Assembly (NCBI GenBank): GCA_030141605.1
Contig: JAQGDQ010000389.1
Coordinates: 156,810 to 220,809, forward strand
Length of the DNA: 64,000 bases
Source of the DNA: Tubiluchus corallicola
Taxonomy: Eukaryota > Animalia > Priapulida
Direction: 5' to 3'
Positions 12,864 to 26,000 of this stretch are shown here, one piece after another. The position numbers were made by a program, and so were the translations under genes. Within the stretch, counting starts at the first letter, position 1, and each line of letters starts with the position of its first letter. The notes under the pieces are model-generated. The model did no database searches and was not told where the DNA came from. It saw only the letters and a list, made by a program, of their open reading frames with translations.

Positions 12864-15800
12864 ATGACGAATAATATGAGAAGTATCTCCAGGTTCTGCT
12901 GGAATTTTCAAAGTTATTGCTCAAAAGTCGATCCAAATGCTGTTGGCATGTTAAACAGACTTAAAAGGTTTGGATACTGTAGCGTTGCTAACGCAAGCCA
13001 AGCTGTACCAAACGATAAGTGTGACAAAACTGCCAAAGTGTGGAGTTGTGATGCTCCGAGATTTGGGCATCTAAAACTGCGCTCATCGTGTCATGTGAAT
13101 GTAATTCCCTTCGTTTTAGATAGCCCACCATACAAAGATAAGGTAGTTTGTAAATTATGTAAATCAGACGGTGATGAAATTAGTGAACACAGTTGGATGG
13201 ATCACGTAGAACTGAGTTTAGAAACAAAACACTCAGAAGACGACGGTTTTCTGCAAATAATTGGAAGAATAATGAAAAAGTCGACTGAATGTATACCTCA
13301 AATTCAGCTTCAAGTTCCCCCGAAATTTGGTTAGTTTGATTAGTTTTTTTAATTTCTCATTAGTGAATAAAAAGCTGATTCTAATTAGTGTGTAATTAAC
13401 ATATCTCTACATGGTACATGAAGTTATTATAAAATTTGGATATACGCATATCTTTTTTTTTTGCCGGACCTCGCTTATACGGCTATCGGAACATTCAGAC
13501 AGAATCTGGTCTGTTAAAAAGTCCCGCATATTAGGGACACAGTTCATTATTTTGCAAGCTGACCGCGTTGGGTGGGCCGTCACTTTGTTTACATCAGTGC
13601 AACCACGTGTATATCTCTATGTATAAAAATATTGAATCAATTATGTGGAATTATTTGAGTCAATTGTCCACAGCTTTTACATAGTTTTGTGTAGAGGCAA
13701 CCTGCACTAGACTAAGACAAATTGGTGATTGATACTACATTACCGTGAGTCTTATACACGACGCTTACTAGCCTAGTATCGGTAAATACGAACAATCGGC
13801 AAATTTGGACTGACAACTGCCTTCTTTGTCTGGCAAACCAAGATATGAGTGTATTAAGACGTTTTACAGATATAGATAAATAAACGGTTGACTAATAACG
13901 TTACACAGACACACGCAGTATAAATTAAAGATTAAACAAAGCTGACTGGTACATGAAACTAATACAGACTACATTTACAATGTTGATTATACTATTTTTA
14001 TAAGCCTATTTTGTTTAACTGAAATTTCAATACATTGTTACAAAGTTACATGGAGAATAGACTTACAAATACCATAACAGACACACGAATCAACAATTTA
14101 AATGGAACAAAGCTGGTGTACATACATTATTAGCATATATATCAATTTCATTCGTAAAAGATGGGTGTTTTAATAATGTTTAGTTAGACAGACATGTCAT
14201 TTCACAGATACTAAATTTTACAGAATATAGATGACGTATTGCATATTTCAATGATGCAATGACAAATAGATTTAATCTTGAGTTCATATCATAAAGACGA
14301 CACTCAAGTTTATAATTTAAGAGAGCTGACTAACATACAACGATTACAACATTAACACAAGTCCACTGTTCCCGCAGAATTTGAAAATAAATTTCCCTGA
14401 CTTCTCCATGGCTTTTCCCTGACCAAATATTGATTTTTTCATGACCAAGAGAACCAGAAATTGCATTACCAACATACATATTCGAACATCTTTGTGTATG
14501 GACATTCATACATATACTGATATATAATGTGTTGGCACCGTTACATTAGTGCTAACGAAATTACACTAATCACATTAAACAAACTTTCTTCGCTATTTTT
14601 GGAACACAAATTGAAACTGTGAACCTGCCATTGCAAAATTTTATTTGAACACGAATCGCTGAAAATTATGTTTGGAAAAGTATCGGTTCATGTTGATGAT
14701 TTTTGCAACACTTTCCAATTTCCTTGACTTTTCTCGCAATCATTTTCCGTGACTTTTTACCAAATTAATTTTTTCCATGACTTTACATGATAGCCTGTAT
14801 TTTCCAGGATTTTTCCCAGACTGTGAAAACCCTGCAAGTCATAATTTCACTTATCAGATCAGAGGTAACATGAAATTGTCTCTAATTAAATTAGCAAAAG
14901 CAGCAGTGGAACTTTTTCTACTATAAAAACATAATTTTCATCTAAAGTTGAAAAAATGTTGATAAAATTCTATCTTAATTTTTAATAAACTAACTTGCAA
15001 CCAAATGACACTTGATGAAGGTTGTGATGAATGGTGATGGACATGCAGTGAAGTATATAGCTGAGTGGTCACGACAATGTCCTTGGTGACTGAAGTTAAG
15101 AATAGGACCGAAGCTAGTCAGTTAATTGGATGGGTCAGCACTTGCTTTGGATCATTTCCTTCACCATCTTGATTTTGGCTGTTTATCCTATAGAGAGAGG
15201 ATGTATTCACATTGGTGGTGTTCACTAAGACACCTCTGTTGGTTCACTGGCTCATTTTAGAGGCATAACTTTGTTAATTTGTCTGATTCTTATCGTGAAC
15301 AACATGAAATGCGGGTTCCGGAACATTCCTGTAATGATACATTATTGCATCTTTTACTTCAATCTGTGTATCGCCAAACCGCACCCACATTGCAACTAGT
15401 ATACTGAAATATGGTTCGATTCGAATTCAAAATTCACAAATACGATTCGTTTCATGATAGAGAATGCTTGCCCCTAGTGGTAACAGTAAACTAAACTCAA
15501 TTCAATTCGATTCATTTATTAACCCCTCAAGAATTAACAAAATACAGTATTAGGAATACATGCAATTACATAACAAAGGAGAAGGGCAGCGAAGAACACG
15601 TAGGTTATCTAGTCAGCCACCCTTAACTAGCAACGACTAAGTAAAATTAATTTTGGCACCGTTTTCAATTTAAATTGGAATTCTGTTCACGTATGTAATT
15701 GGCAATTAACTGATGGGAAATGCAGTATTGTAGGACATTATAATTGAAATAACCAAAAATTTACAATTCTAAAATACTGTACTAAATGGGTTGCCTTTTC

Positions 15801-18800
15801 CTTTAATTACGCAAAGAGTAGTATTCATGCGTTGTTTGCTGTGCAATGTCTTTATTCAACAAATTAGCAAATTTTTGCTGTCCGGCGTGTAAAGTTTATC
15901 ACGAATTTTACATTTCTAGATCTACATCTGTCCATGGATGATACGAGTCATTTAACCATTGAAAACATGGAGGGTAATCAGTGTGCTGTGAAAATGAAGA
16001 GTGGCAAATGCACTTTGAAAAACTTGAAGGTAAAATGGAAGAAGTTCTCTTATAAAAATCTTTGTAGTTTTTCAAATAGTTAGTTAAATTTGGGTAAGAA
16101 AAGTTGTGGATTAAATTAAAAATGAGATTTGCATTAACGCTTCAAGTGTTGTTTATTGCGACCTTGAAGGGGAACGTCTTTCTTGTCTATAACCTACATA
16201 AATGTCAACCGCTGTTAATTAAAATTAATATTAAGTAAACTGTAGTTTAAATAATTTGTACCAAGTGGTGTGGCTCAGTGTTAGCATGCTCGCTTACCAC
16301 CCTGGAGGTCGTGGGTTCAACTCTCGCCGAGTCATTCCAAAGACTTCAAAAATGGTACCGCTGGTTTTTCGATCAAGCACGCGGGTTTATTTAACTAACG
16401 TGAAAGTAATAATAATCTGAACCACCGTGGAACCACGCCAACTAACGACAAATGAGGGCTTTGAAATTGAAGTTGAGACATCCTGGACCTGAGTAATGAT
16501 GGATAAGTGATAGTTGAAAGAACTGCTTCTGTGCTGTTTGTCCTTGCGCATGCACATTTTACACTGTTAGATCTATAAAGGTTAAAAACAATGCACAGTT
16601 TACACTGTGAGATCTATGTAGGTTTAAAACAATGCACAGTTTGCACTTCTAGATCTATATAGGTTAAAAACAATGCACAGTTTACACTGTGAGATCTATG
16701 TAGGTTTAAAACAATGCACAGTTTGCACTTCTAGATCTATATAGGTTAAAAACAATGCACAGTTTACACTGTGAGATCTATATAGGTTTAAAACAATGCA
16801 CAGTTTACACTGTGAGATCTATATAGGTTTAAAACAATGCACAGTTTGCACTCCTAGATCCATATAGGTTAAAAACAATGCACAGTTTACACTGTGAGAT
16901 CTATATAGGTTTAAAACAATGCACAGTTTGCACTCCTAGATCTATGTTTGGTGGCTCCATCTGTATGTGAATATGTTGATGTTTAGTGGCTCTATCTGTA
17001 TGTGAATATGTTGATGTTTGGTGGCTCCATCTGTAGGTGAATATGTTAATGTTTGGTGGCTCCATCTGTATGTGAATATGTTGATGTTTGTTGGCTCCAT
17101 CTATAGGTGAATATGTTAATGTTAAACAAATGTCTTACATTTTTCAGATTGGTGATGTTCAGGTTACCAGTCAAGGTGGAGACATCATCACGACCGTAAT
17201 TCAAGGTAACGTAACTCTTCGTGGACACGGCAACGGGGTAAGATTGCTTCGTCTGTAACAGCAACATTACTTCTGCAGTCGTTCTGATTGAGTATGTGTC
17301 AGGGTTCCCACACACAGTCAGAGAAAATCCTGGAGAGCCTGGAAATACAGGCTAACCTGGAAAGTAGTAGAAAAGTCCAGGGGACACATAATTTGATAAA
17401 AAGTCAGGAAATGTGATGAAAATGGTGCAGAAAATCAGGGAAATTGGAAAGGGTTACAAAAGCAATAAACGTGAACAGATATTTTTCAAACTTTTTTTCA
17501 GCATTTCCGTTTGAAATAAAATTTTGCTATAGCAGGCTCACGGTTTCGATTTCTGTTCCAAAAATAATGATAGGCCGACACATTATATATCAGTATATGA
17601 ATGAATGTCCATACGCAAAAATGTGTATAGTACTGTTTACTGTTAGTACAATTTCTGCTTATCTTGGTCATGGAAAATTATTATTTTGGTCAAGAAAAAG
17701 TCAGGAAAATTTATTTTAAAATTTTGTGGGAACCCTGTAGTCTCTGTCTAACCAATGAATGATAAAATGTGTGTAACAGCAAAAAAACTAGTTATGCAAA
17801 TGCAAAATTGTGTTTCAACTTTAATAATTCTTTCATGTAAGTCATTGTTAAAAAGCAATATGTTTCGGTATTCTATACATTAGATTTTTTTGAGCTTTTG
17901 GTTAAGATTTGGGTCCAGTTTTCAATCATGTTTTGATTAAAGTCATGCATACATTTACAAATGACATGATGAGTTAAAAAAACTAAAATTTAAGCTTGGC
18001 ATGATGCATCAATGCGATTACCATCTGAAAAACAATTTTTACTAGTAAGTTAAAGCATCTTACAGGCTGGATCTTAAAACAAATTTATGTTATCCTATTT
18101 CCAATTTGTTTCAAACTGCAGAGCTCAGTAAGTTAAAGGAAGACAGGATAATTTTTCGTATGCTACCCCATTTTCAAGTCCGATGAATACATTTTAACGC
18201 AATTAATACTGCAAAAGTGTTTCTGATAATTAAATAATAGATTAAAATCTTAATTAATGGCGGAAGAACTATTGACGACATCACAAACTAACATAATTTT
18301 CAACAGCAGAAATATTCCACGAGAGTGTTGCACGTGTTTGCAAAAGTGAAAATTGAAGTACAGTGCTACTGTAAGATATTCTGTGTGTTGTACTAAAACT
18401 AGACAAGTTTTAAGACAAAAATTCAAATTTCAAATTTACCACCGTGCTCAAGCATGAGCTGCCGCACACTTGCAATTCGTCACAAGCTAACGCATCTAAA
18501 CTGAAAGGAGGAGCACCTGTTTTTTATGCAGTGGCATTTCTGAAATGCTGACGCTAGTGCCAGTCTAACTTACGAATGGCAAAATGCACGTAACAGCGAA
18601 GAACTAGTGGCATGAACGTGAAATTGTGTTGTGGTAATGATTCTTTCATACGAGTCATTCTTGAAAAAATAGTACGTTTCCTTTCAATATTTTAATGAGT
18701 AGATTGTTTTGACCTACAGTTTAAGATTGGGTCCGGTTTTGCTTTAATTATCTTCCTGTTAATTTTTCATTTTCTTTCTCCTGTTCTAATTTTAAGTCTC

Positions 18801-21800
18801 CTTTATTTTGCAGGAACAGATAATTGACTGATCAACTGTCTAATTCAAGTTGCTTTTTTTCCAGAATATAGTTGTTGATAGAGTTCAGGGCAGCAAAATA
18901 TCATTTACAACAGAAAATGGCAGTATCAACGGTAGGGCGGTGTATGCAGATGCATCAAAGTTTCTCACACTCTGTGGTGCTATACGCTTAGGTAAGTTTG
19001 TGTGCAGATGCAGCAAAGTTTCTTACACTCTGTGGTGCTATACGCTTAGGTAAGTTTGTGTGCAGATGCATCAAAGTTTCTTACACTCTGTGGTGCTATA
19101 CGCTTAGGTAAGTTTGTATGCAGATGCATCAAAGTTTCTTACACTCTGTGGTGCTATACGCTTAGGTAAATTTGTATGCAGATGCATCAAAGTTTCTTAC
19201 ACTCTGTGGTGTTATACGCTTAGGTAAGTTTGTATGCAGATGCATCAAAGTTTCTTACACTCTGTGGTGCTATACGCTTAGGTAAGTTTGTATGCAGATG
19301 CATCAAAGTTTCTCACACTCTGTGGTGCTGTACGCTTAGGTAAGTTTGTGTGCAGATGCAGCAAAGTTTCTTACACTCTGTGGTGCTGTACGCTTAGGTA
19401 AGTTTGTATGCAGATGCAACAAAGTTTCTTACACTCTGTGGTGCTATACGCTTAGGTAAGTTTGTATGCAGATGCAGCAAAGTTTCTCACACTCTGTGGT
19501 GCTATACGCTTAGGTAAGTTTGTATGCAGAGGTAGCAAAGTTTCTCACACTCTGTGGTGCTGTACGCTTAGGTAAGTGTGTATGCAGATGCAGCAAAGTT
19601 TCTCACACTCTGTGGTGCTGTACGCTTAGGTAAGTTTGTATGCAGAGGCAGCAAAGTTTCTCACACTCTGTGGTGCTATACGCTTAGGTAAGTGTGTATG
19701 CAGATGCATCAAAGTTTCTTACACTCTGTGGTGCTGTACGCTTAGGTAAGTTTGTATGCAGAGGCAGCAAAGTTTCTCACACTCTGTGGTGCTGTACGCT
19801 TAGGTAAGTGTGTATGCAGATGCATCAAAGTTTCTTACACTCTGTGGTGCTGTACGCTTAGGTAAGTTTGTATGCAGAGGCAGCAAAGTTTCTCACACTC
19901 TGTGGTGCTATACGCTTAGGTAAGTGTGTATGCAGATGCAGCAAAGTTTCTCACACTCTGTGGTGCTGTACGCTTAGGTAAGTGTGTATGCAGATGCAGC
20001 AAAGTTTCTTACACTCTGTGGTGCTATACGCTTAGGTAAGTTTGTGTGCAGATGCAGCAAAGTTTCTCACACTCTGTGGTGCTGTACGCTTAGGTAAGTT
20101 TGCAATGCAGATGCATCAAAGTTTCTTGCACTCTGTGGTGCTATACGCTTAGGTAAGTTTGCAATGCAGATGCATCAAAGTTTCTTACACTCTGTGGTGC
20201 TATACGCTTAGGTAAGTTTGTGTGCAGATGCAGCAAAGTTTCTTACACTCTGTGGTGCTATACGCTTAGGTAAGTTTGTGTGCAGGTGCAGCAAAGTTTC
20301 TTACACTCTGTGGTGCTGTACGCTTAGGTAAGTTTGTATGCAGATGCAGCAAAGTTTCTCACACTCTGTGGTGCTGTACGCTTAGGTAAGTTTGTATGCA
20401 GATGCAGCAAAGTTTCTCGCACTCTGTGGTGCTGTACGCTTAGGTAAGTTTGTATGCAGGTGCAGCAAAGTTTCTTGCACTGTGTGGTGCTATACGCTTA
20501 GGTAAGTTTGTATGCAGGTGCAGCAAAGTTTCTTACACTCTGTGGTGCTATACGCTTAGGTAAGTTTGTATGCAGATGCAGCAAAGTTTCTTACACTCTG
20601 TGGTGCTATACGCTTAGGTAAGTGTGTATGCAGATGCAGCAAAGCTTCTTACACTCTGTGGTGCTGTGCACTTGGGTAAGTTTGTGTGCAGATGCAGCAA
20701 AGTTTCTCACACTCTGTGGTGCTGTGCACTTGGGTAAGTTTGTATGCAGATAAGTTTGTAAGTAAACAAGTAATTGCTCATATTAAATATTAAGTATATT
20801 AAATATTAGTTTTATTTCTACACGAGCATGCACATGTGGGCACACATACATACACTCACGCACACATATGTGTGCACACAATCATAAATAAGCATGTACT
20901 TATATTTAGAAACCAGTTTTCACAAAGGACAGAATACTAACCCATAATATGCAATCATTTTACAAAAATGCAGAAAATTTAACTAAACATGCGTTTCATC
21001 AACGATCTACAAGTGATTTTACGTGGGAACATACCATACAGTACTGCATTGTGGAATGAACCTGGCTTCAGATGCTGATTGGCTGGTTTGCATTATTTGT
21101 TGCAAAACAACCCCAATCCCACGGCTGTTAAACTTTTCTATAATATTTTTTCATAGCCGTAGCAGTGAAATAAACACACCTGGATGGCTGTGCTTAGCGC
21201 TGAGCTTGTGCGGTAGTGTGCCGCATTCGGCAGTGAAAGGGTTAATGCTATGAATTTGTGATAAACCCTGTTTCTATCCTGTTTCCATCCATGGAAACAT
21301 TTCTGCTTTTGATCAAGTCAGTTGATTTTGTTTTTGTAAGCCTTTGTACGTGTTTGACTTTGCTTTGTGTGCTCTTTTGAGTAAAAACTTTTTAAATTTT
21401 GATTGTTTTGGACACGAAGTAATTCCTGAATTTTAAAAACGTTTTTCTCGTTTAGATAATCTCCACGGTCATGCAAATATGAGAGTCGACGAAGTTGCTC
21501 CGATTAAGATAGGTGAGCAGGTATTCTCTTTTGCTTTCTACAGCTGCTTTAATGTACGAGTTGTGCGTAACTTTTCCATGTGACAGAAATATAATAAACA
21601 ACATTAACCCTTTCATACCCGTTGTATCCCGTGGGATACGACAATATTTTCTGCCTTTAAAATTAATAAAATTTTAAAACTGACAGTTATTTGATCTGTT
21701 AATAGTTATTTTGATTTAAGCCAATAACAATAGACTAAAAATGGTGATAAAATGGCAAACTAGAAAATCTTCATAACATAAAAAACTGCGCAAGTTACAG

Positions 21801-22937
21801 TAGTTTAGAGATGACTTTGTACAGATCAGCATAGCATGCATACTAAATGTGTTAAATACTTTAAAAAATTATCAGCAGTTGCAAAATGAAGCACATTTTA
21901 TGCTTCCATTGAATCCCAATGTATCCCGCGGGATACAGGTTATATTTAGCACGCGGACACAGGCAGAAAAAGATAATTATTATGTGTAAACAAGATGGAC
22001 ATACTGAACAAAGGTACCAAGCCAAAAAATTTTTTCTTATTAAAAAATAATTTGGGACTGAAAGGGTTAAATAAACAAATAAACATTGTCTGTGATTCCG
22101 ACCTACCACATAGATTTAAGGTGTTTGTTTTAAGCCTTGCTTTATAGTGATCCTGTACACTCGACTTTACAGCGGTATCTTTTCCTTTAAACAAAGTTCA
22201 AAAAGTTAGAATAATTTAAAGAATTCAATGTGCATGAAGATTCTGCATTAATTTGCATCAACGAGTTCATGGCTCTTTAAAAAAAATTTTTGTCATTATT
22301 TTTTTTAAGCTTTTTGCTAAATATGTTATGGCTTTGAAACGTCCTTAATCGTTACTAATTTCAAGTTTTATATATTTAACAAAACTCAGTCATTGTTAGA
22401 TGTGTTACTTTTCTTGAAAGATTGTTAAAACTATGTTAATGGTCTATTGTACAGTACTACTGGAACATTTCTGATGTAACAATCGTGTAGGCATGTAATG
22501 TTTTCAACGTTCAACAAGCTGAAATAATTTATTTTTAAAGGCAATACATTGTCTTTTTCTTATATGATTTGAAAGGATTTCTGTTAAATGGGCATACATA
22601 TGCACATGCACACACGCACGCTCGTTCGTGCACACACACGCACGCACACTTACACATACACATGCAGTCACACACTCACACACACACACACACACTCCTC
22701 TACACACACACACACACACACACTCACACTTTTACACACACACACACACACTTACACACACACACACACTCTTACACACACACACACTCTTACATGCACA
22801 TGCACACACACACATACACACACACACACACACTCTTACACACATACACACACACTCTTGCACACACACTTACACACACACACACACACACTCTTACACA
22901 CACACACACTCTTACACACACACACCTCTGACACACA

Positions 22938-22974
<37 letters not shown>

Positions 22975-22993
22975 TACACACACACACACACAC

Positions 22994-23024
<31 letters not shown>

Positions 23025-26000
23025 TTACACACACACACACATCACACACACACACACTCTTACACACATCACACACACACACACACAATAGGGGTGACGT
23101 TCTCCACCAGAAAGCGAATTAAAATCGAATGCAATTTTTTATTATTGACCTGGAATTAAACCTAATTTCAATGTTTGCAGTCAAATTTGATTTGTATGTA
23201 TTTTTGATCTTAATTTTTTTAGATGCAATACAATTAGATTTCATCAGTTGTATTCCGTAATGTTTTTCCTGGCTCCGTACCACTACATGTGCTCAATAAT
23301 ATCGTCAGTACTGTGTGTTGGAATTGTTAGTTATATTGACTGTATTTGTGCAATTAGATCGAAGTGTGACATTGTTAGTATGTTGCTAATTTTAAGAGAT
23401 ATTTTCATTCTGTTTAGGGTCACTAGATGGCGATCTTGATGCATCTACAGGAGGAGATGTGGATATCTATGTTTCACGCACAAAAAAAGTTTCGCTGTTG
23501 TCGTCACACGGTAGGAAGAGGCGTAGCTTCAGTTTAGTTCATATTCTTGTACAAATGTGGAGTCAGTTTCTTATCAAAATCAACATTTTCCATAATTATG
23601 TCATGAAAGTTGCTTTGTTTATGTTTTGAAAATTTATTGTGTACTGTTACGCTGTACTTTCTTACAGGCGATGTTACAGTTACGCTGTACTTTCTTGCAG
23701 GCAATGTTACTGTTACGCTGAACTACTTTCTTACAGGCGATGTTACTGTTACGCTGTACTTTCTTACAGGCGATGTTACTGTTACGCTGTACTTTCTTAC
23801 AGGCAATGTTACTGTTACGCTGTACTTTCTTACAGGCGATGTTACTGTTACGCTGTACTTTCTTATAGGCAATGTTACTGTTACGCTATACTTTCTTACA
23901 GGCAATGTTACTGTTACGCTGTACTTTCTTGCAGGCGATGTTGCTGTTACGCTGTACTTTCTTACAGGCAATGTTACTGTTACGCTGTACTTTCTTACAG
24001 GCGATGTTACAGTTACGCTGTACTTTCTTGCAGGCAATGTTACTGTTACGCTGAACTGTACTTTCTTATAGGCAATTTTACAGTTACGCTGTACTTTCTT
24101 ACAGGCGATGTTACTGTTACACTGTACTTTCTTACAGGCAATGTTACTGTTACGCTGTACTTTCTTACAGGCAATGTTACTGTTACGCTGTACTTTCTTA
24201 CAGGCGTTGTTACTGTTATGCTGTATTTTCTTACAGGTGATGTTACTGTTACGCTGTACTTTCTTACAGGCAATGTTACAGTTACGCTATACTTTCTTAC
24301 AGGCGATGTTACTGTTACACTGTACTTTCTTATAGGCAATTTTACAGTTACGCTGTACTTTCTTACAGGCGATGTTACTGTTACGCTGTACTTTCTTACA
24401 GGCGATGTTACTGTTACGCTGTACTTTCTTACGGGCGATGTTACTGTTACGCTGTACTTTCTTGCAGGCGATGTTGCTGTTACGCTGTACTTTCTTACAG
24501 GCAATTTTACAGTTACGCTGTACTTTCTTACAGGCAATGTTACTGTTACGCTGTACTTTCTTACAGGCAATGTTACTGTTACGCTGTACTTTCTTACAGG
24601 CAATGTTACTGTTACGCTGTACTTTCTTACAGGCAATGTTACTGTTACGCTGTACTTTCTTACAGGCAATGTTACTGTTACGCTGTACTTTCTTACAGGC
24701 AATGTTACTGTTACGCTGTACTTTCTTACAGGCGATGTTACTGTTACGCTGTACTTTCTTACAGACGATGTTACTGTTACGCTGTACTTTCTTACAGGCG
24801 ATGTTGCTGTTACGCTGTACTTTCTTGCAGGCGATGTTGCTGTTACGCTGTACTTTCTTACAGGCAATGTTACTGTTACGCTGTACTTTCTTACAGGCAA
24901 TGTTACTGTTACGCTGTACTTTCTTACAGGCGATGTTACTGTTACGCTGTACTTTCTTACAGGCGATGTTGCTGTTACGCTGTACTTTCTTACAGGCAAT
25001 TTTACAGTTACGCTGTACTTTCTTACACAGGCGATGTTACTGTTACGCTATACTTTCTTATAGGCAATGTTACTGTTACGCTGTACTTTCTTACAGGCAA
25101 TTTTACTGTTACGCTGTACTTTCTTACAGGCAATGTTACTGTTACGCTGTACTTTCTTACAGACGATGTTACTGTTACGCTGTACTTTCTTACAGGCGAT
25201 GTTACTGTTACGCTGTACTTTCTTACAGGCGATGTAACTGTTACGCTGTACTTTCTTACAGGCAATGTTACTGTTACGCTGTACTTTCTTACAGGCAATG
25301 TTACTGTTACGCTGTACTTTCTTACAGGCGATGTAACTGTTACGCTGTACTTTCTTACAGGCGATGTAACTGTTACGCTGTACCATCTTACAGGCAATGT
25401 TACAGTTACGCTGTACTTTCTTACAGGCAATGTTACAGTTACCCTGTACTTTCTTACAGGCAATGTTACAGTTACGCTGTACTTTCTTACAGGCAATGTT
25501 ACTGTTACGCTGTACTTTCTTACAGGCAATGTTACTGTTACGCTGTACTTTCTTACAGACGATGTAACTGTTACGCTGTACTTTCTTACAGGCGATGTTA
25601 CTGTTACGCTGTACTTTCTTACAGGCAATGTTACAGTTACGCTGTACTTTCTTACAGGCGATGTTACAGTTACGCTGTACTTTCTTACAGACGATGCTAC
25701 TGTTACGCTGTACTTTCTTGCAGGCGATGTTACTGTTACGCTGTACTTTCTTACAGGCGATGTAACTGTTACGCTGTACTTTCTTACAGGCAATGTTACT
25801 GTTACTCTACTTTCTTACAGGCAATGTTACAGTTACGCTGTACTTTCTTACAGGCAATGTTACAGTTACGCTGTACTTTCTTCCAGGCGATGTTGCCATT
25901 AAAGTGAGTGATTCAGTAACAGGGCAGGTACAGTTGTTGGGACGTAAGGTTGTAGTTGATCCTAGTCTGAAGTTGCAGGACTCACAATTCCAGAAGGATA

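Noticed and set aside
16262-16335. Functional tRNA genes here and at 30380-30455, 44185-44384 and ~54430-54475
   Set aside because: A/B boxes or B boxes are present, but I could not fold complete cloverleafs, and the sequences sit in dispersed-repeat context. They are treated as SINE-like.
18800-18864. Strong upstream acceptor TTTATTTTGCAG at 18813 as the start of FAM185A exon 4
   Set aside because: It is in frame but introduces TGA (GAA CAG ATA ATT GAC TGA), so at most it is a minor unproductive site.
22504-23122. His/Thr-rich and Val/Cys-rich ORFs; likewise Glu/Arg and Ser/Leu ORFs at 44738-45309 and 56531-56808
   Set aside because: They are dinucleotide microsatellite translations.
23610-25907. 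Several 150-511-aa ORFs on both strands
   Set aside because: A 33-bp unit that is nearly stop-free in several frames produces them; the ORFs switch frame at indels. Only the last two units could be coding, through alternative acceptors.
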